Shown here: positions 8,701 through 15,869 of the stretch, piece after piece
Layout of the letters: each line of letters starts with the position of its first letter
How positions within the stretch are numbered: position 1 is the stretch's first letter
NCBI GenBank assembly: GCA_051866635.1
Contig: JBJDXJ010000051.1
Coordinates: 1 to 29,304, forward strand
Direction of reading: 5' to 3'
Length of the DNA: 29,304 nucleotides
From: Clostridia bacterium
GTDB taxonomy: Bacteria; Bacillota; Clostridia; UMGS1883
Translations under genes and position numbers: made by a program
Notes under the pieces: generated by a model
What the model saw: only the letters and a program-made list of their open reading frames with translations
Database searches by the model: none
Told to the model about the DNA's origin: nothing

Positions 8701-9266
8701 TGCTCCAAAGCGGCAGTTACAGACTGCCGGCTTGTACGTGTTACGCCCTTTGCGGACCAGTATGTGTCTGCATCACCATCGGCAACATTTGTTACACGAT
8801 GGTCACCTTCGCTTTCTGCAGAGGCAAACACCATGCTTGATGTAATTTCGATTTTACCTTCTTCGATACTTCCTTCCGGAACAAGGGTGGAAATCACCTC
8901 ATCGCACAAAGGTTCCAATGTATTCTCTTTCCAAAAGAACACCTTTGCAACTTCACCTTTTGAAGAATCATAGTCTACATACACATTTTCAGTAACTGTT
9001 TTACCGCCGGGGGCAGAAACCTTTACTTTTTCTGCCCTGATTTCTTCGCCACTTGCGTTATAAACCCCTTTAAGAATGGTAACAACACCATCTTTTTGAG
9101 AAAGGTTTGTTATCTGTGCCACAGTAAAGAGCTTTTCGCCATCTGTTAAAGAATTAGCTTTTACAATTGCATCAAATTCATTATCAGCACTTATAACAGG
9201 GATAATTGAACAGCAAAACACAAGTGCAAGCATAAAACAGAAGGCTGATTTTATTATCTTTTTCAT
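5733..9266 (-). CDS. Secreted multidomain GH16 glycoside hydrolase, paralog B (1177 aa). Order: signal peptide, Ig-like N-domain, one F5/8-type-C (CBM32-like) domain, two copies of the unassigned module, a beta-trefoil (AbfB/CBM42-like) segment, and C-terminal GH16.
   Basis: Signal peptide MKKIIKSAFCFMLALVFCCSIIPVISA|DN. The discoidin motif NVADGDADTYW...ISEIEAYG spans about 8445-8846. RFVERTGL..VSFEVMNRPGYF..ANATF spans about 6507-6935. The GH16 region (about 5736-6494) has WTAFWLAG and the catalytic motif ETDIFE at 6063-6080. The C-terminus ...WFRSFQY parallels paralog A (...YIRSFQY). Confidence 0.85.
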   Translation of the reverse strand: MKKIIKSAFCFMLALVFCCSIIPVISADNEFDAIVKANSLTDGEKLFTVAQITNLSQKDGVVTILKGVYNASGEEIRAEKVKVSAPGGKTVTENVYVDYDSSKGEVAKVFFWKENTLEPLCDEVISTLVPEGSIEEGKIEITSSMVFASAESEGDHRVTNVADGDADTYWSAKGVTRTSRQSVTAALEHEHTITKVGIAFGLGEERQYVFTVSTSSDGKNYTEVLDETTSELTNEMQYFDIPMSVGKFVRFTIVERVEPDEDNWVRISEIEAYGMLIPYDTGEEVELYSFDDIDDWTIQNMDERNNSDYVPSLGEKLYAESAPLPEGAAMGTNENALHLVDYVGRTTDETLGAGGVIAAKRYQTNADREKYNISFNMFIPSVMENGENSDTYWSGFSLTDELVSGGDDLKHYAAIQIRFEDDNGKVKLKYLRSNYFNEGSLFDFMSTGFEKDRLWTISMDVDPIARRSDITVTDGINTETRPIYFSYNDAEYARISTWSGLEAKWLVFNTGVGKKTEIYVDEVSVKHYEPKEDVSGYETCLGHIDMTEENNGEMTFKNISDDLEDYEGSLGENLYAELTKSPEESGINGDALHLYDAVGRATDEELGAGGVMAYVNLPVPENPLNSYRVDFTLYAPVADEYGGFNLSNGIDGSYGMQMRFKPSKADENNLQLNQYEGNTFNGGTYEAVVGSYTPLIKGNPWKISIKVDMLKREYVMTIDDGVNVQERTKSMPTKYENWVDKNLNVLSFNTGIGGTADIYVGDITVTDLGFNPAGQSAINGILRLVAVNGTGKMLHHQGNETSDFAEKQDPAYTRFVERTGLMDSDGVSFEVMNRPGYFLTIVPGTDNVVQVQPFSNTARFKANATFYKQAGGIDPKGYGKSTVAYASYRDPNRYLYDNSGQTVVWKRHSAERTVFYLRNEASNSRVSDNFNGTSLDTSKWMAQYPWGDSHNHYGLCRASAIEVKNGNITLKANRIGDNEWPTSSSGKNKGATGIDLTSFGFGGWKKWQAYVGVICPAKNYNAYDGSVKYWSQSYMEGSFKQPDCGYGYWTAFWLAGANAWPPETDIFEYLSSSGQKGAHGWFTNMHYSSSVSDGNWYQGSNLRTQYHRYALDWGYDYMDMYYDGQLFRRYTGYIPDSQDDQGGMCLIINTGIGGWESALPSQYGIGMSLQWFRSFQY
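6957..8381 (-). repeat. Intragenic tandem duplication: two copies of a roughly 215-235-aa module inside GH16-B (copy 1 about 7677-8381, copy 2 about 6957-7604).
   Basis: Both copies begin DY(V/E)(P/G)SLGE(K/N)LYAE ... ALHL(V/Y)D.VGR.TDE.LGAGGV(I/M)A. Both end W...L.FNTG(V/I)G...(I)YV..(V/I)(S/T)V. The same module occurs once, split, in GH16-A. Confidence 0.7.
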
Positions 9267-9291
9267 TTTACGCCCCCCTTTTTTTAATTCT

Positions 9292-10563
9292 TTATCTAAT
9301 TACAGTTGTTCCTCCCATGTAGGGAACAAGTGCTTCGGGAATAGTAACTGTTCCGTCAGCATTCTGGTAGTTTTCCAAAATTGCGGCAACAGTTCTGCCA
9401 ACTGCAACGCCACTACCGTTAAGCGTGTGAATAAGCTGTGCTTTATCACCGTTACTGTCTTTATACTTAATGTTTGCTCTTCTTGCCTGGAAGTCCTCAA
9501 AGTTACTGCAAGAAGAAATTTCAACATATCTGCCGTAAGAAGGCATCCATACTTCAATATCGTACTTAAGAGCCGCTGTAAAGCCCAAATCACCAACGCA
9601 GATGCGTACAACTCTATAAGGAAGTCCTAAGCCCTGGAGAACATCTTCCGCATCACGTGTGAGCTTTTCAAGTTCTTCATAGCTCTGTTCAGGCTTTGTA
9701 AACTTTACAAGTTCAACCTTGTTAAACTGATGCTGACGGATAAGACCACGAGTGTCTCTTCCTGCACTGCCTGCTTCTGCACGGAAACAAGCTGTATAAG
9801 CTACATGCTTAATGGGAAGCTGATTACCGTCCAAAATCTGGTCACGGTACATATTTGTAACAGGCACTTCTGCTGTAGGTACAAGGAAATAATCAGTATT
9901 TGCAACCTTGAAAGCATCTTCTTCAAACTTGGGAAGCTGACCTGTACCAACCATGGAATCACGGTGAACCATGAAGGGAGGGAATATTTCCGTATAGCCG
10001 TGCTTAGTTGTATGCATATCAAGGAAATAGTTTGTAACTGCTCTTTCCAATCTTGCACCAAGACCACGGTAAAGAGTAAATCTTGTGCCTGTAATCTTAG
10101 CGGCTGTTTCGGGGTCAAGTATGTTAAGGTCTTTACCTAAATCCCAGTGTGCTTTAGGTTCAAAATCGAACTTTGTAGGTTCGGAATACTTTCTTATTTC
10201 AACGTTATCTGCATCTGTATCACCATCGGGAACATTTTCATTGGGAATATTGGGAATTGTGTACATCATAACGGAAATCTTATCTTCAGTTTCCTTTATT
10301 ACGCTGTCAAGCTCCTTAACCTTGTCAGAAATTTCTTTCATTTCAGCAAAGATAGCTGTTGTGTCTTCTCCTGCTTTTTTAAGCTTAGGAATCTGCTTAG
10401 ATACTTCGTTCTGCTTCTTTTTAAGCTGTTCAGCTTCAAACACAAGTTCACGACGCTTGTTATCAAGCTCTAAAAGAGCATCAATATCAACGTTTTCCTT
10501 TCTTCTTGCAAGAGCCGCCTTTACCTTTTCTGTTTCTGTTCTGATTAACTTAATGTCCAACAT
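9292..10563 (-). CDS. serS: Seryl-tRNA synthetase.
   Basis: 423 aa with an N-terminal coiled-coil arm ([21 protein letters not shown]...). Class II core motifs include [25 protein letters not shown] and [18 protein letters not shown]. The RBS AAGGAAG lies upstream of the ATG at 10561-10563. Confidence 0.95.
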   Translation of the reverse strand: MLDIKLIRTETEKVKAALARRKENVDIDALLELDNKRRELVFEAEQLKKKQNEVSKQIPKLKKAGEDTTAIFAEMKEISDKVKELDSVIKETEDKISVMMYTIPNIPNENVPDGDTDADNVEIRKYSEPTKFDFEPKAHWDLGKDLNILDPETAAKITGTRFTLYRGLGARLERAVTNYFLDMHTTKHGYTEIFPPFMVHRDSMVGTGQLPKFEEDAFKVANTDYFLVPTAEVPVTNMYRDQILDGNQLPIKHVAYTACFRAEAGSAGRDTRGLIRQHQFNKVELVKFTKPEQSYEELEKLTRDAEDVLQGLGLPYRVVRICVGDLGFTAALKYDIEVWMPSYGRYVEISSCSNFEDFQARRANIKYKDSNGDKAQLIHTLNGSGVAVGRTVAAILENYQNADGTVTIPEALVPYMGGTTVIR

Positions 10564-10592
10564 TTTAATTACTTCCTTTCGAGTATATGTTT

Positions 10593-10608
10593 TGTTTCAC
10601 GTGAAACA
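10593..10608. promoter_or_regulatory. parS: parS centromere-like site (perfect 16-bp palindrome).
   Basis: TGTTTCACGTGAAACA matches the Firmicute parS consensus TGTTNCACGTGAAACA. It abuts the spo0J stop codon (10609-10611). Confidence 0.9.
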
Positions 10609-11451
10609 TTATAAACTTTGAATAATATCTATAAGCCTTATCAAGTCCTCTTCAGAATAATAATAAAGCTCAATTTTACCTTTTGACTCTCCCGTAAGCT
10701 TAACCTTTGTGCCGAATTTGTCCTTTAAATCCTTTTCTATATCAGGATAGAACCTCTGTTTTCCGCCTTTTTTAGCAGTGGGCTTTTTCGTTTCACGGGC
10801 AAGCTGTTCCATTTCTCGTACAGTTAATTCTTCCTGTGCCGCACGCTTTGCCATGGAAAGACGCTTTTCACTATCCTCAACCGCCAACAGTGCACGTCCA
10901 TGACCTGATGAAAGCACACCTTCTACAAGCATTTCCTGTATTTCATTTTCAAGTGTCAAAAGTCTTAACATATTGGCAACGGCAGGTCTGCTTTTACCAA
11001 CCTTTTCGCTGACCTTTTCCTGCGTTAAGCCGAACTGGTCAATCAAAGACTGATAACCGAGGGCTTCTTCAATAGGATTTAAGTCCTCACGTTGCAAATT
11101 TTCAATAAGTGCAACCTCTGCCGCTGCCAAAGCGTCATAGCTTCTTACAATGGCAGGAATTGTTGTAAGCCCCGCCATACGTGATGCCCTCCAACGTCTT
11201 TCACCGGCAATAATGGAATACATTCCGTTTTTACCTTCGGTCACTATAATAGGTTGAATAACTCCGTGCTGACTTATGGAATTTGCCAGAAGCGTTAACT
11301 GTTCACGGTCAAAGTGTTTTCTTGGCTGGTCACTTCTCGGTTCAACCTGTGTAATTTTTAATTCCATTACACCATCCGGTTTTTCCTTCTCTGTTATTAC
11401 AGGAGTATCAAAGAAGGCGTCCAAGCCTTTTCCCAAAGATGATTTTGCCAA
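10609..11451 (-). CDS. parB: Chromosome partitioning protein ParB / Spo0J (CTP-dependent parS-binding clamp).
   Basis: 280 aa. Motifs are the GERRWRA ParB/CTP motif, LIENLQREDLNPIEEA, the HTH LTQEKVSEKVGKSRPAVANMLRLLTL, LSSGHGRALL, and a C-terminal KGKIELYYYSEEDL like B. subtilis Spo0J. It starts at a TTG (11449-11451) 9 nt after GGAGG, which overlaps the soj stop. Confidence 0.9.
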   Translation of the reverse strand: MAKSSLGKGLDAFFDTPVITEKEKPDGVMELKITQVEPRSDQPRKHFDREQLTLLANSISQHGVIQPIIVTEGKNGMYSIIAGERRWRASRMAGLTTIPAIVRSYDALAAAEVALIENLQREDLNPIEEALGYQSLIDQFGLTQEKVSEKVGKSRPAVANMLRLLTLENEIQEMLVEGVLSSGHGRALLAVEDSEKRLSMAKRAAQEELTVREMEQLARETKKPTAKKGGKQRFYPDIEKDLKDKFGTKVKLTGESKGKIELYYYSEEDLIRLIDIIQSL

Positions 11452-11465
11452 TTACATCATCCTCC

Positions 11466-12227
11466 TTATCTGTTTTCTTCCATAAGCTCGTCCGCTAAAT
11501 CAAGATAGCTTTCAGAACCCTTGGATGTATTGTCATAGTAAATAATAGGTTTTCCGAAGCTCGGTGCTTCCGAGAGCCTTACATTTCTGGGTATCAAGCT
11601 TTTGTAAACCTTACCCGGAAAGAACTTTTTAACTTCCTCAACCACTTGAATTGAAAGATTTGTTCTTGCATCAAACATTGTAAGAAGAACACCTTCGATT
11701 TCAAGAGCAGGATTTAACACCTGTTTAACTCTTTTAATTGTATTCATAAGCTGTGAAACACCTTCCAGAGCATAATACTCACACTGGATAGGCACAATCA
11801 CGCTATCTGACGCAGTAAGAACATTAATGGTAATAAGACCCAAAGAGGGCGGTGCATCTATAATAACATAGTCAAATTTATCTTTTACGGACATAAGGGC
11901 GTTTTTAAGCTTTGATTCTCTGCCCATTTCGCTTACAAGTTCAATTTCGGCACCTGAAAGAGAAATGTTTGAGGGACATATGGAAAGGTTCATGTAGGGA
12001 GTTTCCACAATAACCTCGTCCGCCTTTGTGTCACCAATTAAAACATCGTAAACTGTCTTTTCACATCTGCGTTTATCAACGCCTACGCCTGATGTTGAAT
12101 TGCCCTGAGGGTCACAGTCAACAAGCAGAACCTTCATACCACGCTTCGCCAGACAAGCAGAAAGGTTCACCGCTGTAGTTGTTTTACCTACGCCACCCTT
12201 CTGATTAGCAATTGCTATTACCTTCAT
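11466..12227 (-). CDS. parA: Chromosome partitioning ATPase ParA / Soj.
   Basis: The true start is taken at [17 protein letters not shown] (ATG 12225-12227) with GGAGG 10 nt upstream. It has the deviant Walker A KGGVGKTT. The 39 upstream codons of the tracked ORF (to 12344) are hydrophobic junk that spans the promoter and parS. Confidence 0.9.
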   Translation of the reverse strand: MKVIAIANQKGGVGKTTTAVNLSACLAKRGMKVLLVDCDPQGNSTSGVGVDKRRCEKTVYDVLIGDTKADEVIVETPYMNLSICPSNISLSGAEIELVSEMGRESKLKNALMSVKDKFDYVIIDAPPSLGLITINVLTASDSVIVPIQCEYYALEGVSQLMNTIKRVKQVLNPALEIEGVLLTMFDARTNLSIQVVEEVKKFFPGKVYKSLIPRNVRLSEAPSFGKPIIYYDNTSKGSESYLDLADELMEENR

Positions 12228-12255
12228 TATATGTAAACCTCCATTTTCAATGAAA

Positions 12256-12297
12256 AACCTTGTGGAGAATATAGCTATAGTATACCACCACAAGGTT
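12256..12297. repeat. Inverted repeat (10-bp arms, 22-bp spacer) immediately downstream of the putative soj -10 element; operator-like.
   Basis: AACCTTGTGG (12256-12265) pairs with CCACAAGGTT (12288-12297). The spacer contains the palindrome TATAGCTATA (12270-12279). The left arm contains TGTGGAGAA (12261-12269), one mismatch from a DnaA box. Confidence 0.6.
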
Positions 12298-12326
12298 ATT
12301 ATATCACAAAAATGTTTCATGTGAAA
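12298..12326 (-). promoter_or_regulatory. Candidate soj-spo0J promoter with an extended -10.
   Basis: The minus strand reads TGTGATATAAT, with -10 TATAAT at 12298-12303 and TGn immediately upstream. The -35 position (12321-12326, TTTCAC) is poor and lies inside the parS-like site. Confidence 0.45.
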
Positions 12327-12328
12327 CA
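12313..12328. promoter_or_regulatory. parS: parS-like site, one mismatch from the palindrome.
   Basis: TGTTTCATGTGAAACA has a CATGTG core instead of CACGTG. It lies in the noc-soj spacer. Confidence 0.75.
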
Positions 12329-12354
12329 TTTTTTTATTAAACATACATATTTTT

Positions 12355-13200
12355 TTAGTTTTTTTCTAACTTTATTACAAATTCTATGTAATCGTCCTCT
12401 TCACGCTCTGTTATAGATGGTGTTACACCACCTTTTTTTAGCATTTCAACTGTTTTGTGCAGTGTGTTTTTAAAAAGCCGTCCTGTTTTTTCAAAAGACA
12501 GACTGTTTCGCTTCATCATTTTCAGCTTAGGCTCCTCCTCAAGCATTTTTTGAACCATTCGCTCCGTCGAAGCAACATTAAGCTGTAATTCCGCTGTTCT
12601 TTTTGCGGCGGCAATTTTCAGTTCTTCTGTGGGAAGGCGTAAGAAAGCCCTTGCATGCCTTTCGCACAGATTGTTTTCGTTTACAATACGTCTTACACTT
12701 TCGGGCAGTTTAAGTAGTCTAAGTTTATTTGCAACAGCCGCCTGACTTTTTCCCAGCTTTTCTGCCACATCCTCCTGTGTTAAAGAATGAAATTCAATTA
12801 GATTTTGCATACTTTCAGCTTCTTCAAAAAAGTTAAGGTCTTTACGTTGTAAATTTTCAGTTATGGCTATTATGGCAGAGTCCTTATCACTCATTTCTAC
12901 TATTATTGCAGGTATTTTCTCAAGCCCTGCCATTTTTGCGGCACGGACACGCCTTTCACCGCATACAAGTTCAAATCCTCCGGGGGCACGTCTTACCGTC
13001 ACAGGGGTGATAATGCCAACCTGTTTTATTGAGTCAGCCAGTTCTTCCAACCCTTTTACATCAAAATACCGCCTTGGCTGATAAGGATTTGGCATTATAT
13101 CATCTACATTTATGTCTATATGCTTTTCTTTTTCTTCGTTACACTGAACAATGAATTTAAACCTATCCTTCAAAGCTTTGAATTTCATTTCTTCCTGCAT
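12355..13200 (-). CDS. noc: Nucleoid occlusion protein Noc (ParB paralog).
   Basis: 281 aa with a GERRVRA CTP motif. The [29 protein letters not shown] and the CERHARAF segment resemble B. subtilis Noc ([25 protein letters not shown]) rather than Spo0J (GKSRPHIANHLRLLTL, GHGR). The N-terminus is K/F-rich. It sits between rsmG and soj, as in Bacillus. Confidence 0.75.
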   Translation of the reverse strand: MQEEMKFKALKDRFKFIVQCNEEKEKHIDINVDDIMPNPYQPRRYFDVKGLEELADSIKQVGIITPVTVRRAPGGFELVCGERRVRAAKMAGLEKIPAIIVEMSDKDSAIIAITENLQRKDLNFFEEAESMQNLIEFHSLTQEDVAEKLGKSQAAVANKLRLLKLPESVRRIVNENNLCERHARAFLRLPTEELKIAAAKRTAELQLNVASTERMVQKMLEEEPKLKMMKRNSLSFEKTGRLFKNTLHKTVEMLKKGGVTPSITEREEDDYIEFVIKLEKN

Positions 13201-13235
13201 AAAAAATCCTCCTGTGTATAACTTTTTCTACAAAA

Positions 13236-13264
13236 ATTATAACATAGAAGGATTTTAGTTTAAA
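13236..13264 (-). promoter_or_regulatory. Candidate sigma-A promoter for noc.
   Basis: On the minus strand, TTTAAA (13259-13264) is followed by a 17-nt spacer and TGtTATAAT (extended -10, TATAAT at 13236-13241), about 35 nt upstream of the noc ATG. Confidence 0.45.
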
Positions 13265-13290
13265 TAAAAAGATTTCCAATAATTACTCTA

Positions 13291-13998
13291 TTATAAGGGC
13301 TTTTTCGACGGTGTTCCCGCTTTTCTGGGGTATTGAGTGGGTGTTTTGTCAATTTTCTTCACCACAACAAATGTGTGGCTTAATTCCAATGGTTCAATTT
13401 TAATTTCCATAACTTTTTCAATTTTGCCGCCAAGGGTTTTGATGGCTTCTTTTGCATTATTTATTTCTTCTTCGGGAGCTGTACCCTTCATTGCAAGAAA
13501 ATAACCTCCGACTTTCACAAAGGGAAGTGCATATTCACTTAAAACTGCCAAATCAGCTACCGCACGTGCCACTGCCACATCATACATTTCACGCATGGTT
13601 TTATCTCTGCCGCCATCTTCTGCACGGGAATGAATTGCTATTGCATTTTTTAAATTAAGTTTTTCTGCAACTAAGTTTAAAAAGTTCACCCTTTTACCTA
13701 AAGAATCAAGCATTGTAAAATTTACATCACTTCTTACAATGGCATTAGGAATAGAAGGAAAGCCTGCACCGGCACCAATATCAATAACATTGTCACCCTT
13801 ATTTATTCTTTCACTTTTTAAAAGGGTGAGAGAATCAAGATAATGCTTAATTTTGATTTCATAAGGGTCTGTTATTGCCGTTAAATTCATAAAAGAATTA
13901 TAATGTAACAGCATATCTGTGTAATCTGAAAACTGTTTAAGCATTTCATCGGTAAGTTCTATATTGAATTTTAATGCTTCCTGTCTTAAAATTTCCAT
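13291..13998 (-). CDS. rsmG: 16S rRNA (guanine527-N7)-methyltransferase RsmG (GidB).
   Basis: 235 aa with the SAM-binding motif VIDIGAGAGFPSIP. It occupies the conserved position after mnmG. Confidence 0.9.
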   Translation of the reverse strand: MEILRQEALKFNIELTDEMLKQFSDYTDMLLHYNSFMNLTAITDPYEIKIKHYLDSLTLLKSERINKGDNVIDIGAGAGFPSIPNAIVRSDVNFTMLDSLGKRVNFLNLVAEKLNLKNAIAIHSRAEDGGRDKTMREMYDVAVARAVADLAVLSEYALPFVKVGGYFLAMKGTAPEEEINNAKEAIKTLGGKIEKVMEIKIEPLELSHTFVVVKKIDKTPTQYPRKAGTPSKKPL

Positions 13999-14001
13999 AA
14001 T

Positions 14002-15861
14002 TTACCTCTTTAGTGATGATAAGTATATTAACAAAACACCTATGTCTGCCGGGGACACCCCTGATATTCTTGATGCCATGCCCACATTTTTCGGACGGAA
14101 CTTATTAAGCTTTTGCCTTGCTTCAAGCCTTAAACCGTAAACATCATCGTAATTAATATTATCGGGGATAATTCTTTCTTCATTTCGTTTAAACTTGGCA
14201 ACCTGATCTTCCTGACGCTTGATGTAGCCTTCGTATTTAATAATAATGCCCACTTCTTCGGAAATATCCTTGTCAAGCTCAGGTCTTTCTTTATCAAAGG
14301 GAGCGAGGGATTCATAATCAAGCTCGCTTCTTTTGATAAGGTCGCATATTTTAGCACCGTTTTCAATATTCGGTGAATTTCTTTCCTCCAAAAATGCTTT
14401 TATTTCAGGAGAGGGGGACAGTGCAACAGTACGTAACCTTTCAACTTCTTCATCTATTTTACGCCATTTTTCCAAAAATCTTTCGTAACGCTCATCACTG
14501 ATAAGACCGATTTCATGACCTATAGGTGTGAGGCGGTAATCTGCATTATCCTGACGAAGAAGAAGGCGGTATTCCGCACGGGAGGTTAACATTCTGTACG
14601 GCTCATTTGTGCCTTTAGTGACCAAATCGTCAATTAAAACACCTATATATGCCTGATTTCTTGTTAAAACAATCTCTTCCTTACCCATAATTTTTCTTGA
14701 TGCATTAATACCTGCCATAAGCCCCTGTGCGGCGGCTTCTTCATATCCTGAGGTGCCGTTAAACTGACCTGCACCGTAAAGATTTTCAATATCACGAAAT
14801 TCCAGACTTGATTTAAGCTGAGTGGGGTCGGCACAATCGTATTCAATTGCATATGCACAACGCATAACAGAGGCATTTTCCAAGCCTTTTATACTGTGAA
14901 GCACATCATTTTGTATATATTCAGGCATAGATGATGAAAGACCCTGAACATAAACCTCTCTTGTTTTAAGTCCCATAGGCTCCATAAAAAGCTGGTGACG
15001 CTCCTTGTCCGCAAAACGCATAACCTTATCCTCGATTGAAGGGCAGTACCTTGGTCCAACACCTTCAATTTTTCCCGAATATAAGGGACTTTTATCAATA
15101 TTGTTTCTTAGAATATCGTGAGTTTTTTCATTTGTGTAGGTAAGGTAGCAACATATTTTATTTTCAAGTTTTTCACTTGTTTCAAAGGAGAAGGGTGTAA
15201 TAGACTCATCACCATACTGAACCTCCATTTTTGAAAAATCTACGCTTTTTTCGTGTATTCTTGCAGGGGTGCCTGTTTTAAAACGCATTAACTTTATCCC
15301 CAGCTTTTTCAAGGCTCCGCTTAAGCCCTCAGAGGGGAACATACCGTCAGGACCGCCCTTTTCAATAGTTTCACCAACAATTATTTTACCTTCAAGGTAT
15401 GTACCTGTTGCAATGATAACTGCCTTTGCAAAATATTTTATCCCTGTGTGTATAGTCATTTCATAGCCTTTTTCATTTTTTACCAAATCCTTAACCTCTG
15501 CCTGACGGACAGTAAGGTTTTCTGTGTCTTCAAGAAGGCTTTTCATTTCAATACGGTACATTGCCCTGTCAATTTGTGCCCTTAAGGAATGAACAGCAGG
15601 GCCTTTACCTGTGTTAAGCATACGTGACTGTATAAGTGTTTTATCCGCAAGTTTCCCCATACTTCCGCCTAATGCATCAATTTCACGAACCAGATGACCC
15701 TTTGCAGTACCACCGATTGAAGGGTTACATGGCATATTACCTACAGCATCAAGGTTTATTGTAAACATTACGGTTTTCATGCCAAGCCTTGCAGAAGCCA
15801 AAGCGGCTTCACATCCTGCATGGCCGCCGCCTATTACAGCTATGTCAAAAGTGTTTTCCAT
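14002..15861 (-). CDS. mnmG: tRNA uridine 5-carboxymethylaminomethyl modification enzyme MnmG (GidA).
   Basis: 619 aa with the N-terminal FAD motif DIAVIGGGHAGCEAA. It shows conserved GidA-type sequence throughout and follows mnmE. Confidence 0.95.
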   Translation of the reverse strand: MENTFDIAVIGGGHAGCEAALASARLGMKTVMFTINLDAVGNMPCNPSIGGTAKGHLVREIDALGGSMGKLADKTLIQSRMLNTGKGPAVHSLRAQIDRAMYRIEMKSLLEDTENLTVRQAEVKDLVKNEKGYEMTIHTGIKYFAKAVIIATGTYLEGKIIVGETIEKGGPDGMFPSEGLSGALKKLGIKLMRFKTGTPARIHEKSVDFSKMEVQYGDESITPFSFETSEKLENKICCYLTYTNEKTHDILRNNIDKSPLYSGKIEGVGPRYCPSIEDKVMRFADKERHQLFMEPMGLKTREVYVQGLSSSMPEYIQNDVLHSIKGLENASVMRCAYAIEYDCADPTQLKSSLEFRDIENLYGAGQFNGTSGYEEAAAQGLMAGINASRKIMGKEEIVLTRNQAYIGVLIDDLVTKGTNEPYRMLTSRAEYRLLLRQDNADYRLTPIGHEIGLISDERYERFLEKWRKIDEEVERLRTVALSPSPEIKAFLEERNSPNIENGAKICDLIKRSELDYESLAPFDKERPELDKDISEEVGIIIKYEGYIKRQEDQVAKFKRNEERIIPDNINYDDVYGLRLEARQKLNKFRPKNVGMASRISGVSPADIGVLLIYLSSLKR

Positions 15862-15869
15862 ATTTTCAC

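Noticed and set aside
2526-9266. Apparent higher GC content of the GH16 genes as evidence of horizontal transfer.
   Set aside because: I hand-counted a few 60-nt lines. GH16 lines gave 26-32 G+C of 60, and core genes gave 17-28 of 60. The ranges overlap, and the amino-acid composition (Gly/Ala/Trp/Asp-rich) could explain the trend. A proper windowed computation is needed.
10085-10621. 178-aa plus-strand ORF (Ser/Leu-rich) in the track.
   Set aside because: It is fully antisense to serS and the spo0J 3' end. It has low-complexity composition and no RBS. It is a typical shadow frame of a strongly supported gene.
12228-12344. N-terminal 39-codon extension of the soj ORF. Similar extensions affect dnaA (20017-20049), dnaN (21604-21615), GH43 (1095-1157) and rnpA (19484-19492).
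   Set aside because: The extensions lack an RBS and run through promoter, parS or DnaA-box DNA. They precede internal ATGs with good Shine-Dalgarno spacing and canonical protein N-termini.
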